From an uncultured Alphaproteobacteria bacterium (lineage in GTDB: Bacteria > Pseudomonadota > Alphaproteobacteria > HIMB59 > GCA-002718135): a stretch of 64,000 nt of DNA. The translations under genes and the position numbers were made by a program. Of this stretch, positions 1 to 10,731 are shown piece by piece (positions within the stretch are counted from its first letter, which is position 1; every line of letters starts with the position of its first letter). The stretch is taken from NCBI GenBank assembly GCA_902595855.1, contig CACJRY010000004.1, positions 1,500 through 65,499 of the forward strand, given 5' to 3'. The notes below the pieces were generated by a model. That model was given only the letters and a program-made list of their open reading frames with translations. It was not told where the DNA came from and searched no databases.

Positions 1-311
1 AAATAACTAAAATTAAAATCGTATTTTTTTGAAAACAACTTCATATTATCAAATGAATCTTCAGGATATTTAATAACATCATTGGACATAATAGCTATAG
101 TATTAATTGACAATTTCTTTAATTCTTTAGCTTCAAAACTTAGTCTTTGAGCTATAGCAATCACATAAGGGCAATGATTACAAATAAAAGCTATAACTGT
201 ACCATTATCCCCTTTTAGTTGATCTAAAGACATATAATTTTCACTTATATCCTTAAGTATAAAATTGGGAGCTAACCATCCTAATTTTTCATTTGTAGCA
301 TTTACAGGCAT
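1..311 (-). CDS. thioredoxin-fold redoxin (AhpC/TSA-like thiol-disulfide oxidoreductase); C-terminus runs off the window
   Basis: Not in the ORF track (no stop in window). My reverse-complement translation from ATG (311-309): MPVNATNEKLGWLAPNFILKDISENYMSLDQLKGDNGTVIAFICNHCPYVIAIAQRLSFEAKELKKLSINTIAIMSNDVIKYPEDSFDNMKLFSKKYDFNFSY... CxxC motif (CNHC) sits where redoxin/thioredoxin-like proteins carry it. Confidence 0.6.
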   Translation of the reverse strand, partial: MPVNATNEKLGWLAPNFILKDISENYMSLDQLKGDNGTVIAFICNHCPYVIAIAQRLSFEAKELKKLSINTIAIMSNDVIKYPEDSFDNMKLFSKKYDFNFSY

Positions 312-333
312 AGAATTTTTGGTATATTAAAAT

Positions 334-669
334 ATGCGTTCAGTATCATCTAGTTCTATTTCAAACAATCATAAATTGTACTTTTCAAAGACAGAGTTAA
401 CCAAAATACTTAATTGTTACTCTATCGGAGTCTCAAACGGGAGTTGGAAAGATTATGCTTTAAATTTTAATAAAAATGAAGCTATTTTTTCTATCTATAA
501 ACACAGACTTGCCTCACCCGAGTGTATTTTAAAAAAATACAAAGGAAAAAAGAAAAAAAGAACTTTTTATCAACTTAGTATTAATAATAAACAAAATAGT
601 AAATATGACGATATAGATCATTTAATTGCACATATTAAAAGATCTCAATTATCAATTGTATGTCTTTAA
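334..669 (+). CDS. small conserved hypothetical protein (resembles alphaproteobacterial DUF2794-type proteins)
   Basis: 111-aa ORF, 22 nt from the divergent redoxin gene. The segment FSKTELTKILNCYSIGVSNGSWKDYALNFNKNEAIFSIY resembles the DUF2794 core as I remember it; no catalytic motif. Confidence 0.45.
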   Translation: MRSVSSSSISNNHKLYFSKTELTKILNCYSIGVSNGSWKDYALNFNKNEAIFSIYKHRLASPECILKKYKGKKKKRTFYQLSINNKQNSKYDDIDHLIAHIKRSQLSIVCL

Positions 670-670
670 T

Positions 671-2218
671 TTACTCCCACTCAATAGTTCCTGGAGGCTT
701 AGATGTAAAATCAAATAAGACTCTATTAACTTCTTTAACTTGACTTATTATTCTCTTTGATATCTCTGTGAGCTGAGTTTTGTTGAACATATAAAAATCT
801 GCAGTCATGCCATCAACTGAAGTGACTGCTCTTAAAGAAACAGCATAACTATAAGTTCTTTCATCTCCCATAACCCCAACTGATTTAACAGGCAGTAACA
901 CAGGAAAAGCTTGCCAAATTTTATTATAAATTAAATTATCGCGTAAAAATTTGATATAAATATTATCGACTTTTTGAAGTATATCTATCTTTTTTTTATC
1001 AACTTCTCCTGGTATACGTATAGCGAGACCTGGTCCTGGAAAAGGGTGTCTATTTAATAATTCAGAATTAATTTTTAGTTGTTTTCCTAAATTCCTAACT
1101 TCATCTTTAAATAATTCTTTCAGTGGTTCAACAATTTTGAGTTTCATTCTTTTTGGTAAACCACCCACATTGTGATGACTTTTTATTTTTGCTGTGGGAC
1201 CTCCAAAAAATGGAATGCTTTCAATAATATCAGGATATAGAGTTCCTTGAGCAAGATACTGGACACCGTTAATTTTTTTGGCTTCTTTTTCAAAAACCTC
1301 AATAAATGTTTTTCCTATTATTTTTCTTTTTTTTTCAGGATCTTTAATTTTTATTAAATTTTTTAAAAAAATTTGTGAAGCATTAACCTTTATAAAATTT
1401 TTACCAAATTTTTTTTTAAAAATATTTTCGACTTCTAGAGATTCATTTAATCTTAAAAGACCATGGTCAACAAATATACAAAATAAATTTTTTTTTATAG
1501 CTTTATATAATAAAAAAGAAGTAACAGTTGAGTCAACTCCTCCAGATAAACCACAAATTACTTTTTTATCTTTTAATTCCTTTCTTAAATTATTAATTTT
1601 AATTTTTAAAAAATCTTCTAGTTTAAATTTACTCTTAATGTTACAGATTTTGAAAAGAAAATTTGATAATATTTTTTTCCCCTCTAATGAATGATGAACT
1701 TCCGGATGAAATTGCAATCCAAAAATATTTTTGTTTTTATTTTCAATTGAAGATATTACTTTATCATTTGATAGAGATGTTACTACAAAACCATTTGGCT
1801 CTATCTCTATGTGATCTCCATGAGACATCCAAACTTGATTTTTGTGCTTTATTTTATCAAATAATAAGGATTGTTTTTTAACTTTAATTATAGAGTGGCC
1901 ATATTCTCTTGATCGTGATTGACCGATTTTTCCTTTAAATTCTTTACATATTAATTGAAGACCGTAACAAATACCTAATATTGGTATATTCAGATCCAAA
2001 ATTTTATTATCAAATTTAGGTGAGTTTTTTTCTTTAACTGAATTTGGTCCACCAGAAAGGATAAAACCTGATATCGTTTTATCATTCAAAATTTTCTTAT
2101 TGATTTTATTGAAAGGATAAACTTTACAAAATACTTTTTGCTCTCTAATTCGTCTGGCTATCAATTGTGTGTACTGAGAGCCATAATCAATTACTATAAT
2201 TTTTTGTTTTGTTATCAT
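671..2218 (-). CDS. guaA: GMP synthase (glutamine-hydrolysing)
   Basis: 515 aa. N-terminal class I amidotransferase (ILGICYGLQL catalytic Cys, FHPEV), ATP-PPase P-loop SGGVDSTV, C-terminal PPGTIEWE typical of GuaA. Confidence 0.95.
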   Translation of the reverse strand: MITKQKIIVIDYGSQYTQLIARRIREQKVFCKVYPFNKINKKILNDKTISGFILSGGPNSVKEKNSPKFDNKILDLNIPILGICYGLQLICKEFKGKIGQSRSREYGHSIIKVKKQSLLFDKIKHKNQVWMSHGDHIEIEPNGFVVTSLSNDKVISSIENKNKNIFGLQFHPEVHHSLEGKKILSNFLFKICNIKSKFKLEDFLKIKINNLRKELKDKKVICGLSGGVDSTVTSFLLYKAIKKNLFCIFVDHGLLRLNESLEVENIFKKKFGKNFIKVNASQIFLKNLIKIKDPEKKRKIIGKTFIEVFEKEAKKINGVQYLAQGTLYPDIIESIPFFGGPTAKIKSHHNVGGLPKRMKLKIVEPLKELFKDEVRNLGKQLKINSELLNRHPFPGPGLAIRIPGEVDKKKIDILQKVDNIYIKFLRDNLIYNKIWQAFPVLLPVKSVGVMGDERTYSYAVSLRAVTSVDGMTADFYMFNKTQLTEISKRIISQVKEVNRVLFDFTSKPPGTIEWE

Positions 2219-2220
2219 AA

Positions 2221-2811
2221 TTATTCAATGAAATTTTTTGCAATTACAAATATTTCTACAGAGTCTTTTCTTGATGATTTTGGTTTGAAATATGAAACTT
2301 CTTTAAATTTTTTTTTTAATATTTTGATTAGATTTTTTTCTTCACTGCCTTTCCATATTTTTGTAATAAATACTCCTTTTTTAATTATTATTTTATCAAG
2401 CAAATCAATTATATCAAACAACATTGAGCTTATTCTTAGATGATCCGTTGATTGGTGACCAGTAGTGTTAGGAGCTATGTCTGATAAAATTAAATCAAAT
2501 TTTTTTTCAATTTTGTCATAATTAAATTTTAAAAAATCTTCTTTATAAAATTTAACATTAGGATGATTAATTTTTAATTCTAAAACATCCAAAGCTGTAA
2601 TTTTAATATTTGGGTTTAATTCCAAAGCAACTTGACTCCAGCCTCCCGGCGATGCTCCAAATTCAAAAATTCTCTCTGATTTTTTTAAAAAATTAAATTT
2701 ATTGTCTATTTCAATTAATTTATATGCAGCCCTACTTAAATATCCTTGTTTCTTAGCCTTTTTAACAAAATAATCTTTTTTTTGTCTATTTAACCAGTCT
2801 TTTGATTTCAT
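2221..2811 (-). CDS. rlmE: 23S rRNA (uridine-2'-O)-methyltransferase RlmE/FtsJ
   Basis: 196 aa. FtsJ-type SAM methyltransferase motifs RAAYKLIEID, GASPGGWSQV, LSDIAPNTTG. 2-nt gap to guaA. Confidence 0.9.
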   Translation of the reverse strand: MKSKDWLNRQKKDYFVKKAKKQGYLSRAAYKLIEIDNKFNFLKKSERIFEFGASPGGWSQVALELNPNIKITALDVLELKINHPNVKFYKEDFLKFNYDKIEKKFDLILSDIAPNTTGHQSTDHLRISSMLFDIIDLLDKIIIKKGVFITKIWKGSEEKNLIKILKKKFKEVSYFKPKSSRKDSVEIFVIAKNFIE

Positions 2812-2879
2812 TTGTGCATTCCATTAATGACTATTGTTTTTTCTAGGTAAACTCTTATATAAACCCTTGTAATATTAAT

Positions 2880-4109
2880 ATGAAAAAATCAATTTTTATA
2901 GCTTCTTTTATCCTTTTATTAGTTGTTGGTTGGATTGGCTCTGGACAGTTCTCAAACAAAGTTATTGCACAGGATGATACCGAAGTAGTTTCAGAGTCTA
3001 AAAATTCTTATGTTGAGAATAATCAGAATGAAGAATTTGCATTTTCAGTTGAAACAAAAATTTTTACTTCAAGCTTAATTGATCAATCTATCGAATTACA
3101 AGGTCAAACAATACACAATAAAAAAATTGATGTTAAATCTGAAACATCTGGAAAAATTAATAGTATAGAATTTTCAAGAGGTGATAATGTATCTGTAAAC
3201 TCAGAAATGATAACAATATCACTAGAAGATAGAAATGAAAAATTATTAAGTGCAAAAAAAGACTTAGAGAGACTAAAAAAAGAGATTATTCTAAATGAAA
3301 AAAATAGAGACAATCTTCTAAGGCAAAATGTAGAAAGAATAGAATTATACGAAATTGAATATGCGTCTGCTAAGCAACTTATTGATAAAGGTTTAAGTTC
3401 AAAATCAAAGTTAAGCTTAGCTTCCTTTAATCTTGCAAATGCTAAAGCTGATAAAGAAGATATAAAAATAAAGTTTGAATCAACATTGGCAAGTCTTGAA
3501 GCTCAGATAACAAATATGAAATCAATTTTAAAAAATATTAAGCTTGATATAGACAAAACAAGTATCAAAGCTCCATTTGATGGAATTATTTCAGAAAGAA
3601 TGGTGGAGGAAACTGAATTTATTTCTGTTGGTACTCCGTTATTTTCTATAATTGATCTAGATCCTATTAAAATAGAAGGGTATTTATCTGAATTTGATGT
3701 AAACAAAGTTAATTTAGGTACTAAGGCAATAATTGAAGATAGCAATGGTATTAAGAAAGATGGAATTATTTCTTTTATATCCCCTTCCGCTGAAACAAGC
3801 ACTAGAACATTTGAAATTACTATTGAGGCAGATAATAAAGATTTATCATACAAAAGTGGAATAACTACTAAAATCATTATTAAAGGATCAGAATTAAAAG
3901 CACATAAAATACCCCCGTCAATTTTGACATTACTTGATGATGGTACAGTAGGTGTTAAAGCAGTTGATAACGAAAATAAGGTTACTTTTTATCCAACAAA
4001 GACAATAAAAGATACAATTGATGGAATGTGGGTGTCTGGACTACCTGAAAAAGTAAACCTAATTGTTAGTGGTCAAGAATATATCAGTATTGGTGAAGCA
4101 GTAAATTAA
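2880..4109 (+). CDS. efflux RND transporter periplasmic adaptor (HlyD/MFP family)
   Basis: 409 aa. N-terminal membrane anchor/signal, long coiled-coil region, C-terminal beta-barrel-like region. 5 nt upstream of the RND permease. Confidence 0.85.
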   Translation: MKKSIFIASFILLLVVGWIGSGQFSNKVIAQDDTEVVSESKNSYVENNQNEEFAFSVETKIFTSSLIDQSIELQGQTIHNKKIDVKSETSGKINSIEFSRGDNVSVNSEMITISLEDRNEKLLSAKKDLERLKKEIILNEKNRDNLLRQNVERIELYEIEYASAKQLIDKGLSSKSKLSLASFNLANAKADKEDIKIKFESTLASLEAQITNMKSILKNIKLDIDKTSIKAPFDGIISERMVEETEFISVGTPLFSIIDLDPIKIEGYLSEFDVNKVNLGTKAIIEDSNGIKKDGIISFISPSAETSTRTFEITIEADNKDLSYKSGITTKIIIKGSELKAHKIPPSILTLLDDGTVGVKAVDNENKVTFYPTKTIKDTIDGMWVSGLPEKVNLIVSGQEYISIGEAVN

Positions 4110-4114
4110 TTTTA

Positions 4115-7100
4115 ATGAAAATTAATATAATAGATTATGCAATTAATCATTCCCGAGTTTTTATGGGAATACTTTTATTTATAATATTTTCTGGTGCGTC
4201 AACATACATATCAATACCTAAAGAGTCGACTCCCGATGTTAGCATTCCTATTGTTTACATCTCACTTCATCAAAATGGCATTTCTGCACAAGACTCAGAA
4301 AGGCTTTTAGTTAAACCTATAGAAGATGAAGTCAAAACAGTTGAAGGGGTAAAAGAAGTTAGGTCTACTGCTTATTCAGGTGGTGGAAATGTTCTTTTAG
4401 AATTTGATGCTGGTTTTAATTCAGATCAAGCAATGATTGATATTAGAGATAAAGTAGATAGAGCTAAAGGAGACCTTCCAAGTGAAGCAGACGAGCCAAC
4501 AGTAAATGAAGTTAATATTAGTACATTTCCTATAATTCAAATCTCCTTGAGTGGTGATGTTCCAAATAGAACACTCCAGGATTTAGCCGATACATTGCAA
4601 AATGATATTGAAACTATCCCAAGTGTGTTGGAAGCTAAAATTGGAGGTAAAAGAAATGAACAAGTTGATATATTAATTAATCCCACAGCTGTCGAGAGTT
4701 ATGGCATTAACCTCGAAAGTCTAATTAGTATAGTAAGGGAAAATAATAAAATGGTTTCAGCCGGAGGTCAAGATACAGGTGATGGTAGTTTTGATATTAA
4801 GGTACCAGGACTTTATGAAACAATAGAGGATATTTTAAATACCCCTGTAAAAACTAATGGTGACTCTGTAATTACATTCAGAGATATTGCGGAAGTCAAA
4901 AGAACATTTGAAGATAGACAATCTTATGCAAATGTTAATGGCTCAAAATCAATTACAATTGATGTGTCAAAAAGAATTGGTGAAAATATTATTAATACTA
5001 TTGATGAAGTTAAAAGAGTTACCTCAATTACCTCAAAAAGTTTTCCTGACAATGTCGAAATTTCCTTTGGCAGTGATCAATCAAAGGGAATTAAAACCAT
5101 GTTAAATAGTCTACAGAACAATGTTATAGCAGCGATTATACTTGTTTTAATTATTATACTTGGTGCGCTTGGTGTAAGATCAGGTTTACTTGTTGGTGTC
5201 TCAATACCAGGATCCTTTTTATCTGGTTTATTGGCTCTTTCTATAATGGGTTTTACTATTAATATTGTTGTGCTTTTTGCATTGATACTATCTGTTGGCC
5301 TCTTAGTTGATGGCGCAATCGTCGTAGTTGAATATGCGGATAGAAAAATGAAAGAAGGATTAAGTGTAAAAGATGCTTTTGCTAATGCTTCAAAAAAAAT
5401 GTCTTTACCAATTATTTCTTCAACTGCCACAACCCTAGCGGCCTTTCTGCCACTTATATTTTGGCCAGGTTTAGCAGGTGAATTTATGAAATATCTTCCA
5501 ATTACTCTAATTTGCGTTCTAATTTCTTCTTTATTTATGGCTTTATTATTTGTTCCCGTTTTAGGTTCAATTCTGCACACTGTATCAAGAATTTTACTTC
5601 AATTTATTATACCTTTAATAGCGTTATTAATCTTTTTTAACATTTTAACATTTGGAATTGAAAAGTTAGATTTACAAAGTTTTGGCTTGATTGTGACAAT
5701 TTTTAAATATTTATTTAGCTTTTCCTTATTTATCTTCGTTTTTATTAAAATTATTCCAAGAGTTTATAAAATTTCTGAAAATGTAAACTCAACAGATACA
5801 TTAGTTTCGGGTAATGCAAAAATACTTTCTTCAGAGTCAAACGAACCTGTTTTAAATGTTACTGGGTTTGTAGGTATATATGCAAAAATATTAAATTTCT
5901 TATTATATCACCCTCTAAAGGTAATTATTAGTGCCATATTAATTTTGGTTGCTGTTAACTTTACTTATACAAAAGTTGGAGAAGGTGTTGAATTCTTTCC
6001 TGATGTTGAGCCAGATCTTGCTAAGATAGTTGTATTTGCCCGAGGAAATCTTTCTGTTGAAGAAAAAAAAGATTATGTAGCAAGGGTTGAAAATATTATT
6101 TTAAAAATTCAGTCAGAAAGAAAGGAATTTAAAAATATTTATTCATTAAGCGGAAATGTAAGTGAGCAATCAGAAGCATCTGAAGATTTTATTGGTTCAA
6201 TTAGCTTAGAATATACAGATTGGGATAAAAGAAGAAAATCCAAAATTATTCTTGCAGAAATTTTAGATGCAACAAAAAGTATTAATGGCATCAAAGTTGA
6301 GTCAAGAGAGCAACAAGGTGGCCCAGGTGAAGGGAAGCCAATTAATATTAAATTAACAAGTGATAACAAAAAACTTTTAATTGAAGAGGGAATTAAGCTT
6401 AAAAAATTTATGGATAACTATCCTAAATTGATGAATGTTGAAGATAACCTTCCTGCTCCTGGTATAGAATGGGAAATAAATGTAGATAGAAAACAAGCAT
6501 CTAAGTTTGGTGCAAATATTACAACAATCGGTAATGTCATCAAACTTGCAACGAATGGCCTTAAACTTGGTGAATATAGACCAGATGATAGTAATGAAAG
6601 TATTCCATTATATTTACGATATCCAAATGAAGGAAGAACACTGGATAGGATTGATAATTTAAGGGTATCTACCTCTAGCGGATTAGTTCCAATATCAAAT
6701 TTTGTTGATATTGTTCCTAATAATAAAACTGGCAATATAATTAGGGTAGACTCTAAAAATGCAATTAATATCCAAGCCGATGTTGAGCCTGGTGTTTATC
6801 CAGATGGTAAAGTTAGAGAACTTGAATATGTTTTAGGGATAACTGATATTGCACCATCTTGGCGAGGCAGAACATTAGATTTACCACGTTATGAATTGAG
6901 TAATGAAATTAGTGCAGAATTAATTGGTGAAAACGAAGATCAAAAACAAGCTCAAGAATTTTTGACCAAAGCATTTGGAGTTGCCCTTTTTTTAATGTTA
7001 ATGATTTTGCTTTTACAATTTAACAGTTTCTATAGTGCATTTTTAATACTTTTTGCTGTAGTTATGTCTACAGCAGGTGTTTTTATTGGTTTAATGGTAA

Positions 7101-7510
7101 CTGCTCAGCCTTTTGGGATTGTAATGTCTGGAGTTGGCGTAATTGCTCTTGCCGGCATAGTTGTCAATAATAACATCATACTTATTGATACTTTTAATTT
7201 TTTAAAAACAAAAACATCTAATATTAGAGAAGCGATAATCAAAACTGGAGCTCAAAGATTAAGACCAGTTTTGCTTACAACAACAACAACTGTTCTTGGT
7301 TTGCTTCCAATGGTAACTATGACTAATATTGATTTTGTAACAAGAGAAGTTACTAGAGGATCACCTGATACGCAATGGTGGGTTCAATTATCTACAGCAA
7401 TTGTTTTTGGTCTAATTTTTGCAACTATCCTAACTTTGGTTGTGACTCCTTCAGCGTTAATGTTGAAAGAAAATGTTGTAAATTGGTATAGAAAGAAAGT
7501 TAATTCTTAA
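4115..7510 (+). CDS. efflux RND transporter permease (AcrB/AcrD/AcrF family), unusually long
   Basis: 1131 aa. Two large periplasmic loops flanked by TM bundles; conserved C-terminal half (…GVGVIALAGIVVNNNIILID…). Extra hydrophobic segments between TM6 and TM7 (see findings). Confidence 0.9.
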   Translation: MKINIIDYAINHSRVFMGILLFIIFSGASTYISIPKESTPDVSIPIVYISLHQNGISAQDSERLLVKPIEDEVKTVEGVKEVRSTAYSGGGNVLLEFDAGFNSDQAMIDIRDKVDRAKGDLPSEADEPTVNEVNISTFPIIQISLSGDVPNRTLQDLADTLQNDIETIPSVLEAKIGGKRNEQVDILINPTAVESYGINLESLISIVRENNKMVSAGGQDTGDGSFDIKVPGLYETIEDILNTPVKTNGDSVITFRDIAEVKRTFEDRQSYANVNGSKSITIDVSKRIGENIINTIDEVKRVTSITSKSFPDNVEISFGSDQSKGIKTMLNSLQNNVIAAIILVLIIILGALGVRSGLLVGVSIPGSFLSGLLALSIMGFTINIVVLFALILSVGLLVDGAIVVVEYADRKMKEGLSVKDAFANASKKMSLPIISSTATTLAAFLPLIFWPGLAGEFMKYLPITLICVLISSLFMALLFVPVLGSILHTVSRILLQFIIPLIALLIFFNILTFGIEKLDLQSFGLIVTIFKYLFSFSLFIFVFIKIIPRVYKISENVNSTDTLVSGNAKILSSESNEPVLNVTGFVGIYAKILNFLLYHPLKVIISAILILVAVNFTYTKVGEGVEFFPDVEPDLAKIVVFARGNLSVEEKKDYVARVENIILKIQSERKEFKNIYSLSGNVSEQSEASEDFIGSISLEYTDWDKRRKSKIILAEILDATKSINGIKVESREQQGGPGEGKPINIKLTSDNKKLLIEEGIKLKKFMDNYPKLMNVEDNLPAPGIEWEINVDRKQASKFGANITTIGNVIKLATNGLKLGEYRPDDSNESIPLYLRYPNEGRTLDRIDNLRVSTSSGLVPISNFVDIVPNNKTGNIIRVDSKNAINIQADVEPGVYPDGKVRELEYVLGITDIAPSWRGRTLDLPRYELSNEISAELIGENEDQKQAQEFLTKAFGVALFLMLMILLLQFNSFYSAFLILFAVVMSTAGVFIGLMVTAQPFGIVMSGVGVIALAGIVVNNNIILIDTFNFLKTKTSNIREAIIKTGAQRLRPVLLTTTTTVLGLLPMVTMTNIDFVTREVTRGSPDTQWWVQLSTAIVFGLIFATILTLVVTPSALMLKENVVNWYRKKVNS

Positions 7511-8225
7511 TATTTCTACTTTTTAAAATCGTATAAAATACTGATAATAAATATCCACCAAAAACTATAATTAGCGTAATCCAGATTTTTGCAATTAAGG
7601 CAACACAAACTAAAACAAAGATCAAAAATATCCATGTTTTAAACTTTGGATTAATTTTTAATTTTTTTAGTGAAATGGTTGGGATTTTGCTAATCATCAT
7701 AAAACCTATTACGATTGTTGTAATTAAATTAAAATACTCATTTTTTAGGAAATCTATTTGGAATTCAAAAAAAATAAAAAGAGGCAAAAGTATTAAACCA
7801 GCAGCAGCTGGTGAGGGCACTCCCGTAAAATACTCATTTTTATCAATTGGTTTGTTTGTTATATAAATATCAGCAGTAAATCTTGCTAACCTAAGTGCAC
7901 TACATATAACAAAAAATAATGTTGCCCCCCAACCAAGCGAACCTAAAGTATTAGTGGACCACAAATAAATAAGAAAACTAGGTGCAACTCCGAAAGATAC
8001 AAAGTCACTTAAAGAGTCAAGTTCAGCACCAAAATTTGATCCACTTTTTAGTTTTCTTGCGAACCAGCCGTCAAAAAAATCAAATATTGTAGCTAATAAA
8101 ATTAAATATATAGCAATTTTCCAATCACCGTTTAATGAGAAACTGATTGAAGTAAATCCACTACTTAAAGAAAGAAGAGTGATAAAATTTGGCACATATT
8201 TGCTTATGATATTTTGATCACTCAT
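7500..8225 (-). CDS. pssA: CDP-diacylglycerol--serine O-phosphatidyltransferase
   Basis: 241 aa, polytopic. CDP-alcohol phosphatidyltransferase motif DFFDGWFARKLKSGSNFGAELDSLSD. 4-nt overlap with psd upstream. Confidence 0.85.
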   Translation of the reverse strand: MSDQNIISKYVPNFITLLSLSSGFTSISFSLNGDWKIAIYLILLATIFDFFDGWFARKLKSGSNFGAELDSLSDFVSFGVAPSFLIYLWSTNTLGSLGWGATLFFVICSALRLARFTADIYITNKPIDKNEYFTGVPSPAAAGLILLPLFIFFEFQIDFLKNEYFNLITTIVIGFMMISKIPTISLKKLKINPKFKTWIFLIFVLVCVALIAKIWITLIIVFGGYLLSVFYTILKSRNIKN

Positions 8226-8890
8226 ATTAATTTAACGTTACTAATTTTAAGTATATTGTTAGGATTAGAAATAATTGTTTCACCCCCTACTACTCTTTGG
8301 CCTTTTGCAACCAAAATATCATAATTTTCTGGAAGATATAGATCAACTCTACTGCCAAATTTTATAATTCCAATTCTATTTCCTTTTTCAACTTCTTGAT
8401 TTACTTTTAAATTACAAACAATACGCCTAGCAATTAATCCTGCGATTTGAACAATATAAAAATTATCATTATTTCTTTTAACAGAAATGATATTTCGTTC
8501 ATTTTCCTTACTAGACTTATCTAAAGTAGCATTAATAAATTTACCAGAAATATAATGTATTGAATGTATTAAGCCTTTTGTTGGCATTCTATTAACATGC
8601 ACATCAAAAACACTTAAAAAAATACTTACTTTTCTATATGTATTCTGATCTTTATGATCCTCAAGTGGATTTTTTTCAGTACCAATATAAGTTACAACTC
8701 CATCAGCTGGTGAAACAACAACTTCATCAGTTGGGACAGATCTAATAGGATCTCTAAAGAAATAAAAAATATATGCTGACAAAATAGCTAAAAAAATACC
8801 TAAAATTGTATAGAAAGGGATAACTATAATCGTTATTAAACAACTAATAACAAAATAAACCCAACCTTCGTTATGAATTCTTAATTGCAT
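8222..8890 (-). CDS. psd: phosphatidylserine decarboxylase proenzyme (short form)
   Basis: 222 aa. N-terminal TM segments; self-cleavage-type motif in IIKFGSRVDLYLP; operonic with pssA. Confidence 0.85.
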   Translation of the reverse strand: MQLRIHNEGWVYFVISCLITIIVIPFYTILGIFLAILSAYIFYFFRDPIRSVPTDEVVVSPADGVVTYIGTEKNPLEDHKDQNTYRKVSIFLSVFDVHVNRMPTKGLIHSIHYISGKFINATLDKSSKENERNIISVKRNNDNFYIVQIAGLIARRIVCNLKVNQEVEKGNRIGIIKFGSRVDLYLPENYDILVAKGQRVVGGETIISNPNNILKISNVKLI

Positions 8891-8914
8891 ATAAAAAGGA
8901 GCTAATACATAATA

Positions 8915-9466
8915 ATGAAAATAAAATCTCTAACAATTTACTGCTCAGCATCACAAAAAATAGATAAAAAATTCTTCAAAATAGCTAGGGAAACTGGAGA
9001 AATAATTTCAAACTATAAAATTAGAGTGGTTTATGGTGGTGGAAACGTTGGTCTTATGGGTGAAATTGCTAATACTTTAGTCAAATTAAATAGAGACATT
9101 ATTGGAATAATTCCAAAATTTTTAATAAATAAAGAAAAATTAAATTTAAAATTAAAAAATTTGAGAGTGGTTAATAATATGACAAAACGTAAAGAGCTAT
9201 TATTTAAATTAGGTGATGCTTTTTTAATATTACCAGGAGGTACTGGAACTTTAGAGGAAGTGACTGAAGTACTTTCTTGGAAAATTCTTAAATTACATAA
9301 TAAACCAATAATTTTTTTAAATTTTGAAAATTATTGGTCTCCTTTGATAAAACAATTTGAAAAAATGATAAAAAATGAATTTGGAAATAAAAATTTACAA
9401 AATCAATATCAAGTAATAAAGAAGCCCAAAGAATTAGAAAAAATACTTAAATTATGGTCAAATTAA
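8915..9466 (+). CDS. LOG family (TIGR00730) nucleotide phosphoribohydrolase
   Basis: 183 aa. GGGNVGLMGEIAN and PGGTGTLEE motifs diagnostic of LOG/'lysine decarboxylase-like' proteins. AAGGAG Shine-Dalgarno upstream. Confidence 0.8.
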   Translation: MKIKSLTIYCSASQKIDKKFFKIARETGEIISNYKIRVVYGGGNVGLMGEIANTLVKLNRDIIGIIPKFLINKEKLNLKLKNLRVVNNMTKRKELLFKLGDAFLILPGGTGTLEEVTEVLSWKILKLHNKPIIFLNFENYWSPLIKQFEKMIKNEFGNKNLQNQYQVIKKPKELEKILKLWSN

Positions 9467-9513
9467 TTATGACAAGCATATGTCAATATTCAAAATATAA
9501 AGGTAATTAAATT

Positions 9514-10731
9514 ATGGAAAAAATTAAAGTAAAAAATCCTGTTGTTGAAATGGATGGGGATGAAATGACAAGAATTATTTGGGAGTTTATCAAAGATAAA
9601 CTAATTCTTCCATATATTGATGTTGATATAAAATATTATGATTTAGGAGTGCAAAATAGAGATACTTCAGAAGATCAAATTACTATTGACTCTGCTGAAG
9701 CTGTTAAAAAGTATGGTGTAGGAATCAAATGTGCAACTATTACCCCGGATGAAGATAGGGTTAAAGAATTTAATTTAAAAAAAATGTGGCGTTCTCCAAA
9801 TGGAACAATAAGAAATATTTTAGGTGGAACTATTTTTAGACAACCTATTATTTGTAAAAACGTTCCTAGGATTGTGACCAATTGGAACAAGCCAATAGTT
9901 GTAGCAAGACATGCTTATGGTGATCAATATAGGGCGACCGATACACTTATTTCAAAACCAGGTAAATTGAAAATGGTTTTTGAACCAACAGATGGCAGCG
10001 AGGGATTTGAAAAGGAAGTATTTAATTTTGAAAGAAAAGGAATAGCATTATCAATGTATAATCTTGATCAATCAATTATTGATTTTGCTAGGGCTTGTTT
10101 TAATTATGGGCTTAATCTTGGCTGGCCTGTCTATTTATCTACAAAAAACACTATTTTAAAAGTTTATGATGGAAGATTTAAAGATTTATTTGAAAATGTT
10201 TTCCAAAATGAATTTGTAGATAAATTTAATGATAAAAATATAGTTTATGAACATAGATTAATAGATGACATGGTTGCTACTGCACTAAAGTGGGAAGGTA
10301 ACTTTATTTGGGCATGTAAAAATTATGATGGTGACGTTCAATCTGACTCTGTCGCTCAAGGTTATGGATCTCTGGGGTTAATGACAAGTGTTCTTATGAC
10401 ACCAGATGGAAAGACTATAGAGGCTGAAGCTGCTCATGGAACAGTAACGAGACATTTTAGAAATCATCAAAAAGGTTTAGAAACATCCACAAATCCAATT
10501 GCTTCTATTTTTGCTTGGTCAAGAGGCTTACATTTCAGAGGCAAATTTGATGACAATGAACGTTTAATGAATTTTTCAAAAACACTGGAAGAAACATGCA
10601 TCAAAACTGTTGAATCAGGCAAAATGACAAAAGATCTAGCAATTTTGATTAGCCAGGATCAAAAATGGCTAAACACTCAAGATTTCTTAAATACTCTAAA
10701 AGATAACTTGGAGAAAAACTTAGAAACTTAA
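9514..10731 (+). CDS. icd: isocitrate dehydrogenase (NADP+), eukaryote/alphaproteobacterial homodimeric type
   Basis: 405 aa. Near-colinear with IDH1-type enzymes ([43 protein letters not shown]). Confidence 0.95.
   Translation: MEKIKVKNPVVEMDGDEMTRIIWEFIKDKLILPYIDVDIKYYDLGVQNRDTSEDQITIDSAEAVKKYGVGIKCATITPDEDRVKEFNLKKMWRSPNGTIRNILGGTIFRQPIICKNVPRIVTNWNKPIVVARHAYGDQYRATDTLISKPGKLKMVFEPTDGSEGFEKEVFNFERKGIALSMYNLDQSIIDFARACFNYGLNLGWPVYLSTKNTILKVYDGRFKDLFENVFQNEFVDKFNDKNIVYEHRLIDDMVATALKWEGNFIWACKNYDGDVQSDSVAQGYGSLGLMTSVLMTPDGKTIEAEAAHGTVTRHFRNHQKGLETSTNPIASIFAWSRGLHFRGKFDDNERLMNFSKTLEETCIKTVESGKMTKDLAILISQDQKWLNTQDFLNTLKDNLEKNLET

Noticed and set aside
1278-1881. Plus-strand ORFs of 138 aa and 72 aa inside guaA
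   Set aside because: They are antisense to a strongly supported GMP synthase gene. The sequences are low-complexity and F/L/I/K-rich, as expected from reading an AT-rich gene backwards, with no motifs.
5077-5580. 167-aa minus-strand ORF (and similar ones at 3104-3313, 3503-3877, 6139-6369, 6418-6735) inside the RND adaptor and pump genes
   Set aside because: They lie antisense within well-supported genes, with no recognisable domains. Long stop-free antisense frames are common in AT-rich coding DNA.
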